From positions 1-32,000 of the forward strand of contig CAURWT010000003.1 of assembly GCA_963528875.1 (NCBI GenBank): DNA of 32,000 nucleotides, given 5' to 3'. A program made the position numbers and the translations under genes. Below, in pieces: positions 25,037-32,000 of this stretch (positions are counted from its first letter, which is position 1; each line of letters opens with the position of its first letter). The notes under the pieces were generated by a model, which had not been told where the DNA came from, did no database searches, and saw only the letters and a program-made list of their open reading frames with translations. The stretch is from an uncultured Candidatus Saccharimonas sp. Its GTDB lineage: Bacteria; Patescibacteriota; Saccharimonadia; Saccharimonadales; Saccharimonadaceae.

Positions 25037-25416
25037 TTACGCTAAATTTGCTAAAACTCCTTGAAAATAACGGATTTGGTAAGATTGATAAAAACCTTTT
25101 CTGGCAGAAGCTTGGCCTTGGTAAAACTGGCTTGTATATCTCGAACATATCAGTGAATGGAGAGCGCGGCAAGCGAAGAGTTCAGCATTATGAGATTTTC
25201 AGTATTGGTGAAAACGATGTTGAGGGTTTAAAAAAACTTGAATCTGTCGCTGAATTCTTGCGAGAGAATTACGCAATTAATGAATTACCAGCCGTGGATG
25301 GAATTTGTGAAAAAGTTCGAAATGTGGCGATTATGCCACCCTCTACGATTTCGAATGTAGGAGAGAATGGCCAAGGAAGAGTGGTTTATTCAATAAGTGG
25401 AGAAATAATTTATTAA
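25033..25416 (+). CDS. Tail terminator / tail completion protein
   Basis: 127 aa; ATGA overlap with the previous gene; position just before the tail tube gene. Confidence 0.5.
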   Translation: MITLNLLKLLENNGFGKIDKNLFWQKLGLGKTGLYISNISVNGERGKRRVQHYEIFSIGENDVEGLKKLESVAEFLRENYAINELPAVDGICEKVRNVAIMPPSTISNVGENGQGRVVYSISGEIIY

Positions 25417-25428
25417 GAAAGGAAAAAT

Positions 25429-25974
25429 ATGGCAACGACATATGAAAAAACATTAAATGCTGGACTTTGGGAACTTGCTCTGGGTGATGTTCTAATTCCT
25501 GCTGAACTTTTGGGCGATATTAAAACTAAAATCGCTCTTAAAACAGTTGAAAAAGACACTCAAGCGGGAACTTCGAAACGCCGAACTAATGTAGTGGATA
25601 CTGCGGAGGCAACTTTTACGCTTTATGTTCCGAGTTTGGATTTCTTGGGTAAAATATTCCCTGAATATTACACAAGAAGCACTGCTGGCGGTGGAGCTGT
25701 AACCTTTGGCGGTAAGAATGTAAAAGTGGCTGAAATGCCAGTTAATATGCATCAAAAAGGCGCTGAAACTGATGAAAATGACGTGCATTTCTTTAAAGCA
25801 ACAGTCAATGTGGACTTTGAGCTATCGCAGACAACAAGCGATGATCCGAGCGTAGAAATTACATTGAATGCCCAACCAACTGACAAGGGCTATGTGCGAC
25901 TTGGAACTGGCGACCTAACTAAAAAGTCTATTTACGATGTTGCTACTCAGGCGACAAAAGCAGTAGCTGGGTAG
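25429..25974 (+). CDS. Major tail (tube) protein
   Basis: 181 aa; position between the neck genes and the chaperones/tape measure; no sheath gene is present, so siphovirus-type. Confidence 0.6.
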   Translation: MATTYEKTLNAGLWELALGDVLIPAELLGDIKTKIALKTVEKDTQAGTSKRRTNVVDTAEATFTLYVPSLDFLGKIFPEYYTRSTAGGGAVTFGGKNVKVAEMPVNMHQKGAETDENDVHFFKATVNVDFELSQTTSDDPSVEITLNAQPTDKGYVRLGTGDLTKKSIYDVATQATKAVAG

Positions 25975-25987
25975 GAAAATAGATATG

Positions 25988-26019
25988 AAAAACGCCCCTA
26001 TTCATTGGGGGCGTTTTTT
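25988..26019. terminator. Bidirectional intrinsic terminator between the tail tube gene and the antisense moron
   Basis: aaaaacgcccc(25988-25998)/ggggcgttttt(26008-26018), 9-nt loop; A-run and T-run on either side. Confidence 0.8.
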
Positions 26020-26035
26020 GATATTGAAAAATAGT

Positions 26036-26473
26036 TTAGTTGGCGTATTTTTTATGTAGTTTCAAGCAAGCATTAATTCGATTCTTAGCGCTGGTAGCGG
26101 CCATCAGTAAACCATCGTAAGTGTAAGCATTTGAGCCCATTTTACCACCTTTAGTGTATTCACCCCTTAATACTAGGGTTCCTTTTGTGGTGTAAAGCAT
26201 ATTTTCGAAAATATATTTAGTCTTTTTACCCGCAGAATCTTTAATTTGGCGATAATCGAAGCCTTTAATCTCGTCCCAAGAAAAAGTTTGCACAGTTTCA
26301 TATTTAAAAGCTGAACCATATGAAAATTGAAGCTCTACGCCACCATTATAAGTAATTTTGAGGCGAGCTTTAGCGACTATTTCTTCTATTCCTTCGAAGT
26401 CGCCGTCGTAGTTGCCTAAAACATACTGGCGCATATTTAGACTTTTAATTCTTAGTTTATCTATAAAATTCAT
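26036..26473 (-). CDS. Antisense moron: 145-aa beta-rich protein of unknown function
   Basis: The only minus-strand gene in the prophage. Own RBS (gaaagg) and an AT-rich promoter region at 26474-26530; own terminator. No recognisable motif. Confidence 0.7.
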   Translation of the reverse strand: MNFIDKLRIKSLNMRQYVLGNYDGDFEGIEEIVAKARLKITYNGGVELQFSYGSAFKYETVQTFSWDEIKGFDYRQIKDSAGKKTKYIFENMLYTTKGTLVLRGEYTKGGKMGSNAYTYDGLLMAATSAKNRINACLKLHKKYAN

Positions 26474-26536
26474 AATATAAATACCTTTCTTATATTTAGA
26501 TTTTATATCTTTTAACGCCTAAAATCAACTGTATTA

Positions 26537-26548
26537 GCTCGACTATTT
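26537..26548 (+). promoter_or_regulatory. Late-unit motif GCTCGACTATTT, copy 3 (upstream of the tail operon)
   Basis: Exact 12-mer preceded by tGTAtta; TAATATTATTT follows 5 nt downstream. Confidence 0.6.
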
Positions 26549-26595
26549 AGAATTAATATTATTTCATAAGATTAAAATGCTGAATGGAGGATTAT

Positions 26596-26967
26596 ATGAC
26601 AGCGATTAGTATTACAATTGAAGATTTAGGTGTAAAAAAACGTGACTTTGAAATTGAAGGCAAAGTCTTTACTTTTACGAAGCCAATGGCTGGGCATGAG
26701 CTGGAAAAAAGCCAAATTATGTCAAAAATTGTGCGTTTACAAAATGAGATGGTTAAGATGCGAAAACGGGGTGAAGAAAACCTTGATGAAACGAAAATTG
26801 AAGAAATATTAACTGAAATAGATAATTTGACAGAACGCTTGATAAATCACTCTGCAAAATTAGTAAGTGATGGAACGCCAGAAAATCTTGGTGGTAAAGA
26901 ATTTGTGTCTAAATATGGTGAAGATGGCATTAAATTATTGACTAAGCGACTATTTGGCGAGGAATAG
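26596..26967 (+). CDS. Tail assembly chaperone (gpG-like)
   Basis: Start at MTAIS (SD ggagga; the track start is 26584); position just upstream of the tape measure; acidic, helical. Confidence 0.6.
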   Translation: MTAISITIEDLGVKKRDFEIEGKVFTFTKPMAGHELEKSQIMSKIVRLQNEMVKMRKRGEENLDETKIEEILTEIDNLTERLINHSAKLVSDGTPENLGGKEFVSKYGEDGIKLLTKRLFGEE

Positions 26968-26971
26968 GTGA

Positions 26972-27343
26972 ATGACAAATGTTTTAGATCTATTAACAGA
27001 TGAAGAGAAAAAAGAGATTAAAACTCGATATCAAGAACGCATAAAACGACGTCAAAATTCTTCTAAGCCTAAAATAACGCCAGAGATATATTTAATAGCC
27101 AAGTTTGGAATTTATTTTGGATGGGAAGCAGTGCGAGATGTTTTAAATGACAAAATTAGCCTTGAGATGATGTTTGCACTGATCGAGGGGGCAGAAAAAG
27201 TGTATTATTCTCAGCTTTGTGAGAATACGAGAGGAACTTTTGTGGCGCAGACATCTTCTATGGCTAAAAATGGATTCGAGGCTCAAAAATCTTTTAATAC
27301 TGGAACTGAAGATTGGCGCAAACGAGCAAAAATGGAGGTGTAG
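26972..27343 (+). CDS. Second tail assembly protein (gpT-position)
   Basis: 123 aa with its own SD (gagga) and ATG; position between the chaperone and the tape measure. Confidence 0.5.
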   Translation: MTNVLDLLTDEEKKEIKTRYQERIKRRQNSSKPKITPEIYLIAKFGIYFGWEAVRDVLNDKISLEMMFALIEGAEKVYYSQLCENTRGTFVAQTSSMAKNGFEAQKSFNTGTEDWRKRAKMEV

Positions 27344-27346
27344 CTG

Positions 27347-29536
27347 ATGACTACAGTTGGAACAATTAACTATGATTTCACTGCTGATACTAAAGATTTA
27401 GACGAAAAACTGACCAGGTCTGAGAAGGAAGTCAAAAAGAAAGCCGAGGAGCAGAAAAACGCTTATCGTGACAGTTGGTCTTCGATAGGCGATTTTGCGA
27501 TTAAAGGTGCGGCAGTAGCTAGTGCTGCTGTTGGTGCCCTTGGTGCTGCTGCAGTTGGAGCATACTCAAGCTATGAACAGCTAACTGGTGGTGTGGAAAC
27601 GCTTTTTAAGAGTTCTTCAAATACAGTGATGAATTATGCTAACCAAGCCTATAAGACTGCTGGAATGAGTGCGAATAAATATATGGAAACCGTGACTAGT
27701 TTTTCAGCAAGTCTTCTCCAGGGCTTGGGTGGTGACACGGAAAAAGCAGCTAAATATGCAGACAAGGCTGTGGTGGCGATGAGTGATAACGCCAACAAGA
27801 TGGGAACATCGATGGAATTAATTCAATATGCCTATCAAGGGTTCGCAAAACAGAATTACACGATGCTTGACAACTTGAAGCTTGGCTATGGCGGAACTGC
27901 TAGCGAAATGGCTCGTTTGGTTAATGAATCTGGTGTAATGGGTAAGAGTTTTAAAGCAACGGCTAAGAATATCAATGAAGTTTCATTTGATAAGATTATT
28001 GAAGCGATTAGCGTTACTCAAGATAGACTAGGTATCACTGGAACGACTGCAAAAGAGGCTAGCTCAACAATTGAAGGTTCTTTTAATTCAATGAAGGGAG
28101 CTTGGGAGAACTTCATCACTGCGCTAGCTGGTGGTGGTGATTTGGAAACAACTTTCAATAATTTAGTTGAGTCGGTTAAGATCTGGCTGGGAAATTTAGT
28201 GCCTGTGGCTAAAAAAGCATTTGAGAGTATTGCTAAAGTAGCTTTTAAAGCTTTCGATGATGCGTTTAAAGATATGCCTGGTGGTGATATTATTAAATCT
28301 TTAGTTGTTGTAGTAGGAACTCTAACTGCCGCACTAACAACATTAGGCGTAGTTATGAAGATAGCAGCTGCAGCTCAAGCTCTGCTTAATTTCGTAATGG
28401 CGGCTAATCCTATTGTCTTGATAGTAATGGCTATTGCTGCTTTGGTGGCGGGATTAGTATATTTCTTTACTCAGACGGAAATGGGAAAGAAGATTTGGCA
28501 AGACTTCTGTAATTTTATAGGTGAAGTCTTTAAAAATATCGGCAAATGGTTAGGTGAAGTTGGTGCGAATATTGGTGCATTCTTTAAGGGAATCGGTGAC
28601 TTTTTCGTTGGAATATGGAACGGCATAACTAGCTTATTTAACGGGATTGTGGAATTCTTTAAACAATGGGGCTTAACTATTCTTGCGGTTATTTTTTGGC
28701 CTATATCCTTGCTAGTTGGTTTATTCTTTACCTTTAAAGATCAGATTATTGGGTTCTTCCAGTCGGCATGGAACGGAATAATGGCGATTTGGAATGGAGT
28801 AACAGCCTTTTTTGGTTTAGTTTGGAACGGAATTGTGGCGATATTTACACCAGTGATACAATTTTTTGGTGCAATATTTCAATCGGCATGGAATGGGATT
28901 ATGGCGATTTGGAACGGTGTAGTTTGGTATTATACGACTATTTGGAATGGAATTAAGGCAGTATTTGGTGTTGTAGCTGGATTCTTTATTGGTGTATTCA
29001 CTACAGCCTGGAATGGTATAAAAAATGTCTTTTCAGGTGTGTTTGGCTTTTTTGCTGGCGTTTGGAATGGAATAGTTGGCATATTTAAAGGTGTTGGGGA
29101 TGCAATTGGTGGTGCAATTAGCGGTGCGGTTAAATGGGCTATTAATGGCGTATTGGGCTTTGCTGTTGGTATGATTAATGGCTTTATTGATATGGTTAAT
29201 ATTGCTATTGGTATCATTAACGCTATCCCTGGGGTGCATATCGGAAAATTGGAAAAACTAAATGTGCCACGCTTTGAGACTGGTGGTATTGTCGGCCCTC
29301 AAGGTGGTGGAAGCTTGATTTGGGCTGGTGATGGTGGCGAGAATGAATGGATCGTGCCTGAAAGCAAGATGGCGAGCCTGATTGATAAAATCAACAGTCA
29401 AACTGGCGGAACTGGTGGTAATAACTATACTATTAACGTGAGCGGAACTTTTGCGACAAGCCCTGCCGAACAACGAAAAGTAGCTGAATTGATTCGTGAG
29501 CAGTTAGAACTAAACGATAAGAGGAGGTTTGCATAA
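27347..29536 (+). CDS. Tail tape measure protein
   Basis: 729 aa; N-terminal helical region, central hydrophobic segments with a WNG(I/V) repeat array, Gly-rich C-terminus; largest tail gene in the canonical position. Confidence 0.9.
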   Translation: MTTVGTINYDFTADTKDLDEKLTRSEKEVKKKAEEQKNAYRDSWSSIGDFAIKGAAVASAAVGALGAAAVGAYSSYEQLTGGVETLFKSSSNTVMNYANQAYKTAGMSANKYMETVTSFSASLLQGLGGDTEKAAKYADKAVVAMSDNANKMGTSMELIQYAYQGFAKQNYTMLDNLKLGYGGTASEMARLVNESGVMGKSFKATAKNINEVSFDKIIEAISVTQDRLGITGTTAKEASSTIEGSFNSMKGAWENFITALAGGGDLETTFNNLVESVKIWLGNLVPVAKKAFESIAKVAFKAFDDAFKDMPGGDIIKSLVVVVGTLTAALTTLGVVMKIAAAAQALLNFVMAANPIVLIVMAIAALVAGLVYFFTQTEMGKKIWQDFCNFIGEVFKNIGKWLGEVGANIGAFFKGIGDFFVGIWNGITSLFNGIVEFFKQWGLTILAVIFWPISLLVGLFFTFKDQIIGFFQSAWNGIMAIWNGVTAFFGLVWNGIVAIFTPVIQFFGAIFQSAWNGIMAIWNGVVWYYTTIWNGIKAVFGVVAGFFIGVFTTAWNGIKNVFSGVFGFFAGVWNGIVGIFKGVGDAIGGAISGAVKWAINGVLGFAVGMINGFIDMVNIAIGIINAIPGVHIGKLEKLNVPRFETGGIVGPQGGGSLIWAGDGGENEWIVPESKMASLIDKINSQTGGTGGNNYTINVSGTFATSPAEQRKVAELIREQLELNDKRRFA
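28757..28921 (+). repeat. Intragenic direct repeat in the tape measure gene (120-nt period)
   Basis: FQSAWNGIMAIWNGV is encoded twice (28757-28801 and 28877-28921) within about ten WNG(I/V) motifs spanning roughly 28.6-29.1 kb. Confidence 0.85.
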
Positions 29537-29901
29537 TGAAGATAATATTGAGCGATTCTACTAAAACTGCTGAATGGTCGATCGTTGAAGTGCCACTGCC
29601 AGAAACGACAGTGGATAATGTTAAAAAAGTTAAAACGCTTGATAATTCACTAACGACTTATGTTGTTGGTGCGAGAAAGCGAACTTGGGGGTATACTTGG
29701 AACTACCCAACCAAGGAAGAATTTGATGAGATTAAAGGCTTTTATGACCGGCAAATTCAAAACCAAGAGCCAGTGAGATTAACTATTGAAGGAATGGAAA
29801 ATGTGGTAAATGTTCCAGTCTATATGGAGCTTGGCAAGCGAGAAGTGATAAGCTTTGATGGAATGGTTAAGCAAGCTGAAGTGAGCTTTACGGAGATTTA
29901 A
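29536..29901 (+). CDS. Small tail protein just distal to the tape measure
   Basis: 121 aa; TAATG coupling to the tape measure gene; assigned by position only. Confidence 0.5.
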   Translation: MKIILSDSTKTAEWSIVEVPLPETTVDNVKKVKTLDNSLTTYVVGARKRTWGYTWNYPTKEEFDEIKGFYDRQIQNQEPVRLTIEGMENVVNVPVYMELGKREVISFDGMVKQAEVSFTEI

Positions 29902-29904
29902 TAA

Positions 29905-31449
29905 ATGCAGATTGTTAGTGAAAGGTTTAATAAGGCGTTTGCAGGCAGTATTGTGGCTTTGGATTGGCGAGCAAAGATGAGTTTTACTCGCAAAAAGAAT
30001 GAATCAACTAATTGGTTCATTCTTGGCAAATCTAAATTAAACGAAACTGATATGTTAGCCACGCCAGAAGGAAACCCAGCGCAAGTTTGGGATGCTTTTC
30101 AGTATGATGATATTTCTGATCGCTTATTGGAAATGAGCGTGGAGCGTTCGGTTAAATTTCCATATAATGTGCAGTCTGGAATAGCTGATATAAAGCTAAA
30201 TAATTATGATGATTATTTCTCATTTTTCGAAACAACAAAAAAGAGCCCGATTGCTGAATATATTCTGCCAAAACGACCTTTGAGGCTTTATTTAGGCGCA
30301 AAAAATGTAGGAACGGTTCCGGTTTTTGTTGGGAATACTGAAAAAATACCGACTTACAACAATGATAAAACGATTACTTGGTCTGCATTAGATTTTTTGA
30401 GTGATATTGCCGAGACAAAAGTTAATCGAACTGTTATGTTGAGGGATGTTTCAACCGATGCGCTCTTGAAAGAAATATTTAAACAATACGGAATGGATGA
30501 AAACCAATACCGTATAAGTAGGGGACAAAATATAATTCCATTTGTCTATTTTAAAAATGATGACAATGTTAGCACGATATTAAAGAATTTGGTTCAGGCC
30601 GAGAATGGTTTATTGTGGCTCGATGAGCAAGGGATAATTCGTTTTGAGAATCGCAGTGGTAATTTGGATAAAACGCCAGTAATGACATTTAACGCAAGCA
30701 ATATTATTGATATTGAAACAGAAAAAGCTAATGATGTGGTTAATTATGTTAGCATTAAAAGTGATGTGCGAGAAGTCCAGCCTTTGCAGCCAATTTTTAG
30801 TGCGGAAGGTAAAAATGAGTGGGTTATTCAGCCTAGAGCCAGCCTGTCTATATGGTTAACTCTTGATGACCCTGCTTGGAGTGTTCGCCCTATCTCGGTT
30901 GGCCAAAAAACTGGTGAAAGTTGGGTGGAATTTAAAAAAGGCGAGAAAATCGACAATTCAGGTATTCAATTGAAAGGTGAGCTTTTTGCTGATGCTTACA
31001 AATTGACAGTCAATAACCAAGGAGCAAGCCCTTCAAAAATATCAAAAATTGAACTATGGGGCGAGAGTGCAAAAGTCGTAGATACCATTAAATATGAGGC
31101 TTTTGACCGTGAAAGTATGGAGCGCTACGGTAAAAAAGCGATTGAAATTACCGACAATCCATATTTTGGCGATTATCGTAACTGCGACCTTTTTGCGACA
31201 GATATTTTAAAGAAATATGCTAGTTTTTCGCCCACAATTTCAATGAAAGTTAAAGGCAATCCAGCCCTACAATTGGGAGATGTTATTAGTGTAAATTATA
31301 AAGATAAAGGCGACTATTTGGTGACAGGTATTAAGCTGAACCTAAGCGATAACGGCTATGAAACAACTATAACTGGAAAACCACATATTGTTTCGAAATC
31401 ATTTATTTTGGATAAGTCTATTTTGGATGGAAAGGATCTATTGGCGTAA
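29905..31449 (+). CDS. Tail tip / baseplate hub protein (late-control-gene-D-like)
   Basis: 514 aa; C-terminal LGDVISVNYKDKGDYLVTGIKLNLSDNGYETTITGK resembles the gpD/hub family C-terminus; synteny. Confidence 0.55.
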   Translation: MQIVSERFNKAFAGSIVALDWRAKMSFTRKKNESTNWFILGKSKLNETDMLATPEGNPAQVWDAFQYDDISDRLLEMSVERSVKFPYNVQSGIADIKLNNYDDYFSFFETTKKSPIAEYILPKRPLRLYLGAKNVGTVPVFVGNTEKIPTYNNDKTITWSALDFLSDIAETKVNRTVMLRDVSTDALLKEIFKQYGMDENQYRISRGQNIIPFVYFKNDDNVSTILKNLVQAENGLLWLDEQGIIRFENRSGNLDKTPVMTFNASNIIDIETEKANDVVNYVSIKSDVREVQPLQPIFSAEGKNEWVIQPRASLSIWLTLDDPAWSVRPISVGQKTGESWVEFKKGEKIDNSGIQLKGELFADAYKLTVNNQGASPSKISKIELWGESAKVVDTIKYEAFDRESMERYGKKAIEITDNPYFGDYRNCDLFATDILKKYASFSPTISMKVKGNPALQLGDVISVNYKDKGDYLVTGIKLNLSDNGYETTITGKPHIVSKSFILDKSILDGKDLLA

Positions 31450-31718
31450 TGGCGATTGAAAAAAATATTGAATTTCAGGGCGACAGAGTGGTAAATTCGC
31501 TGGGTGGAAATATAAAACTAAACCAGACTACGGGTGAGCTGATTGTATCAAAAAATGGGGTGATTTTAACCAAAATTAATAAGGACGGCTTTGTTTATTC
31601 GGAAGAAAATGGCACTCGACGAATTTTAATTGGAAGGCATCCTAAAACTGGGGCTGTGGGTGAGTGGGTTAGCGTGGTTGGTGAAGATGTGATTGAGATT
31701 TTAGAGAATGAAACCTAA
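31449..31718 (+). CDS. Small tail/baseplate-associated protein
   Basis: 89 aa; TAATG coupling to the hub gene. Confidence 0.5.
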   Translation: MAIEKNIEFQGDRVVNSLGGNIKLNQTTGELIVSKNGVILTKINKDGFVYSEENGTRRILIGRHPKTGAVGEWVSVVGEDVIEILENET

Positions 31719-32000
31719 TAAATTTATTGATCGAAGTGAATTTATCAAGCCTGTTGTAGTTTTTGAATACAACGGTAGCTTTATGAGTAATATTAAAACT
31801 TTTGATATTGAGCATAACCTGCCGTTCGTGCCATTGATTATAGGCGAGTATAGTTTAAATAGCGATTTCTCGAATGCTCGAGATTTCCGTTTTTGGACAA
31901 GTGGAGATGAAAACTTTCTTGTTGGCGCGTTAGAGAAAACTATTCGGTTTGCTATTCGAGGGGTCGATCCACCGCGAAAAGTTTATGTGCGTTTAATTGG
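31708..32000 (+). CDS. Partial CDS (5' end) of the next tail/baseplate gene, running off the window
   Basis: Hand-translated MKPNKFIDRSEFIKPVVVFEYNGSF..., open to position 32000; overlaps the previous stop by 11 nt. Confidence 0.5.
   Translation, partial: MKPNKFIDRSEFIKPVVVFEYNGSFMSNIKTFDIEHNLPFVPLIIGEYSLNSDFSNARDFRFWTSGDENFLVGALEKTIRFAIRGVDPPRKVYVRLI

Larger units (their letters stand above)
9916..32000 (+). mobile_element. Siphovirus-like prophage or phage-derived region next to tRNA-Gly; left boundary approximate, right end beyond the window
   Basis: Continuous + strand block: recombination module, small and large terminase, portal, protease/capsid, connectors, tail tube, tape measure and hub genes, starting just 3' of a tRNA. 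SD-led genes contrast with the leaderless host genes. No integrase seen. Confidence 0.85.

Noticed and set aside
26940-26980. Canonical gpG/gpGT -1 frameshift between the two tail chaperone ORFs
   Set aside because: The second ORF (26972) is in the +1 frame relative to the first. It has its own SD and ATG and is preceded in its frame by a TGA at 26969-26971. No slippery heptamer was seen near the end of the first ORF.
28600-29110. Repetitive DNA in the tape measure gene as a CRISPR array or other non-coding tandem repeat
   Set aside because: The repeats are in-frame and imperfect at synonymous sites, they encode the WNG(I/V) protein motif, and they have no spacer-repeat regularity. No cas genes or true CRISPR arrays are present anywhere in the window.
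26948-31322. Additional partial copies of the late motif (GCGACTATTTGG at about 26947-26958 and 31311-31322)
   Set aside because: They lack the TC of GCTCGAC, lie inside coding sequence (..KRLFGEE, ..GDYLVT..) and have no downstream -10-like block. They are probably coincidental.
1-32000. Diversity-generating retroelement, retron, toxin-antitoxin pair or classical defence island
   Set aside because: No reverse transcriptase, template/variable repeat pair, or recognisable defence or TA protein motifs were found in any frame. The only toxin-like element is the C-terminal domain of the portal fusion.

Overview
AT-rich bacterial chromosome segment read with the standard genetic code. It has two parts.

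(1) 1-9.9 kb is the host backbone:
- dnaE, with convergent eno.
- A membrane-anchored PEGA-like protein and a polytopic membrane protein.
- A DAG-kinase-fold lipid kinase and an M20 (ArgE/DapE-like) peptidase.
- tRNA-Gly(GCC) with its own promoter and terminator.
- Host genes that head a transcription unit have TGnTA(T/A)AAT-type -10 boxes only 6-12 nt before the ATG and no Shine-Dalgarno, so they look leaderless.

(2) From about 9.92 kb to the window end is a siphovirus-like prophage, all on the + strand apart from one antisense moron.
- Early region: a TM protein plus a lysozyme-like protein; a Rad52-like annealase / YqaJ exonuclease / SSB-like / VRR-NUC recombination module; many small accessory ORFs, including a KGG stress-protein homologue.
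- A ~440 nt ORF-free, helix-dense region with GAAA tetraloops at 15.27-15.70 kb.
- Late region: small and large terminase, a portal-MuF-nuclease-like triple fusion, a prohead-protease-capsid fusion, head-tail connectors, tail tube, chaperones, tape measure and distal tail/hub proteins.
- No integrase, repressor or replication genes are visible, and the right end lies outside the window.

Most interesting items:
- The candidate large structured RNA.
- The 845-aa portal-MuF-PD-(D/E)XK fusion with no adjacent immunity gene.
- An exact 12-mer (GCTCGACTATTT) heading all three late transcription units.
- A perfect promoter followed at once by a terminator in front of the terminase operon.
- A candidate -1 frameshift (A_AAT_TTA) fusing a membrane anchor to the lysozyme-like domain.

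Taxonomy cannot be established from the sequence alone; a Patescibacteria/CPR-like or other small AT-rich genome is only a guess. All protein family calls come from motif recognition by eye, not database searches.
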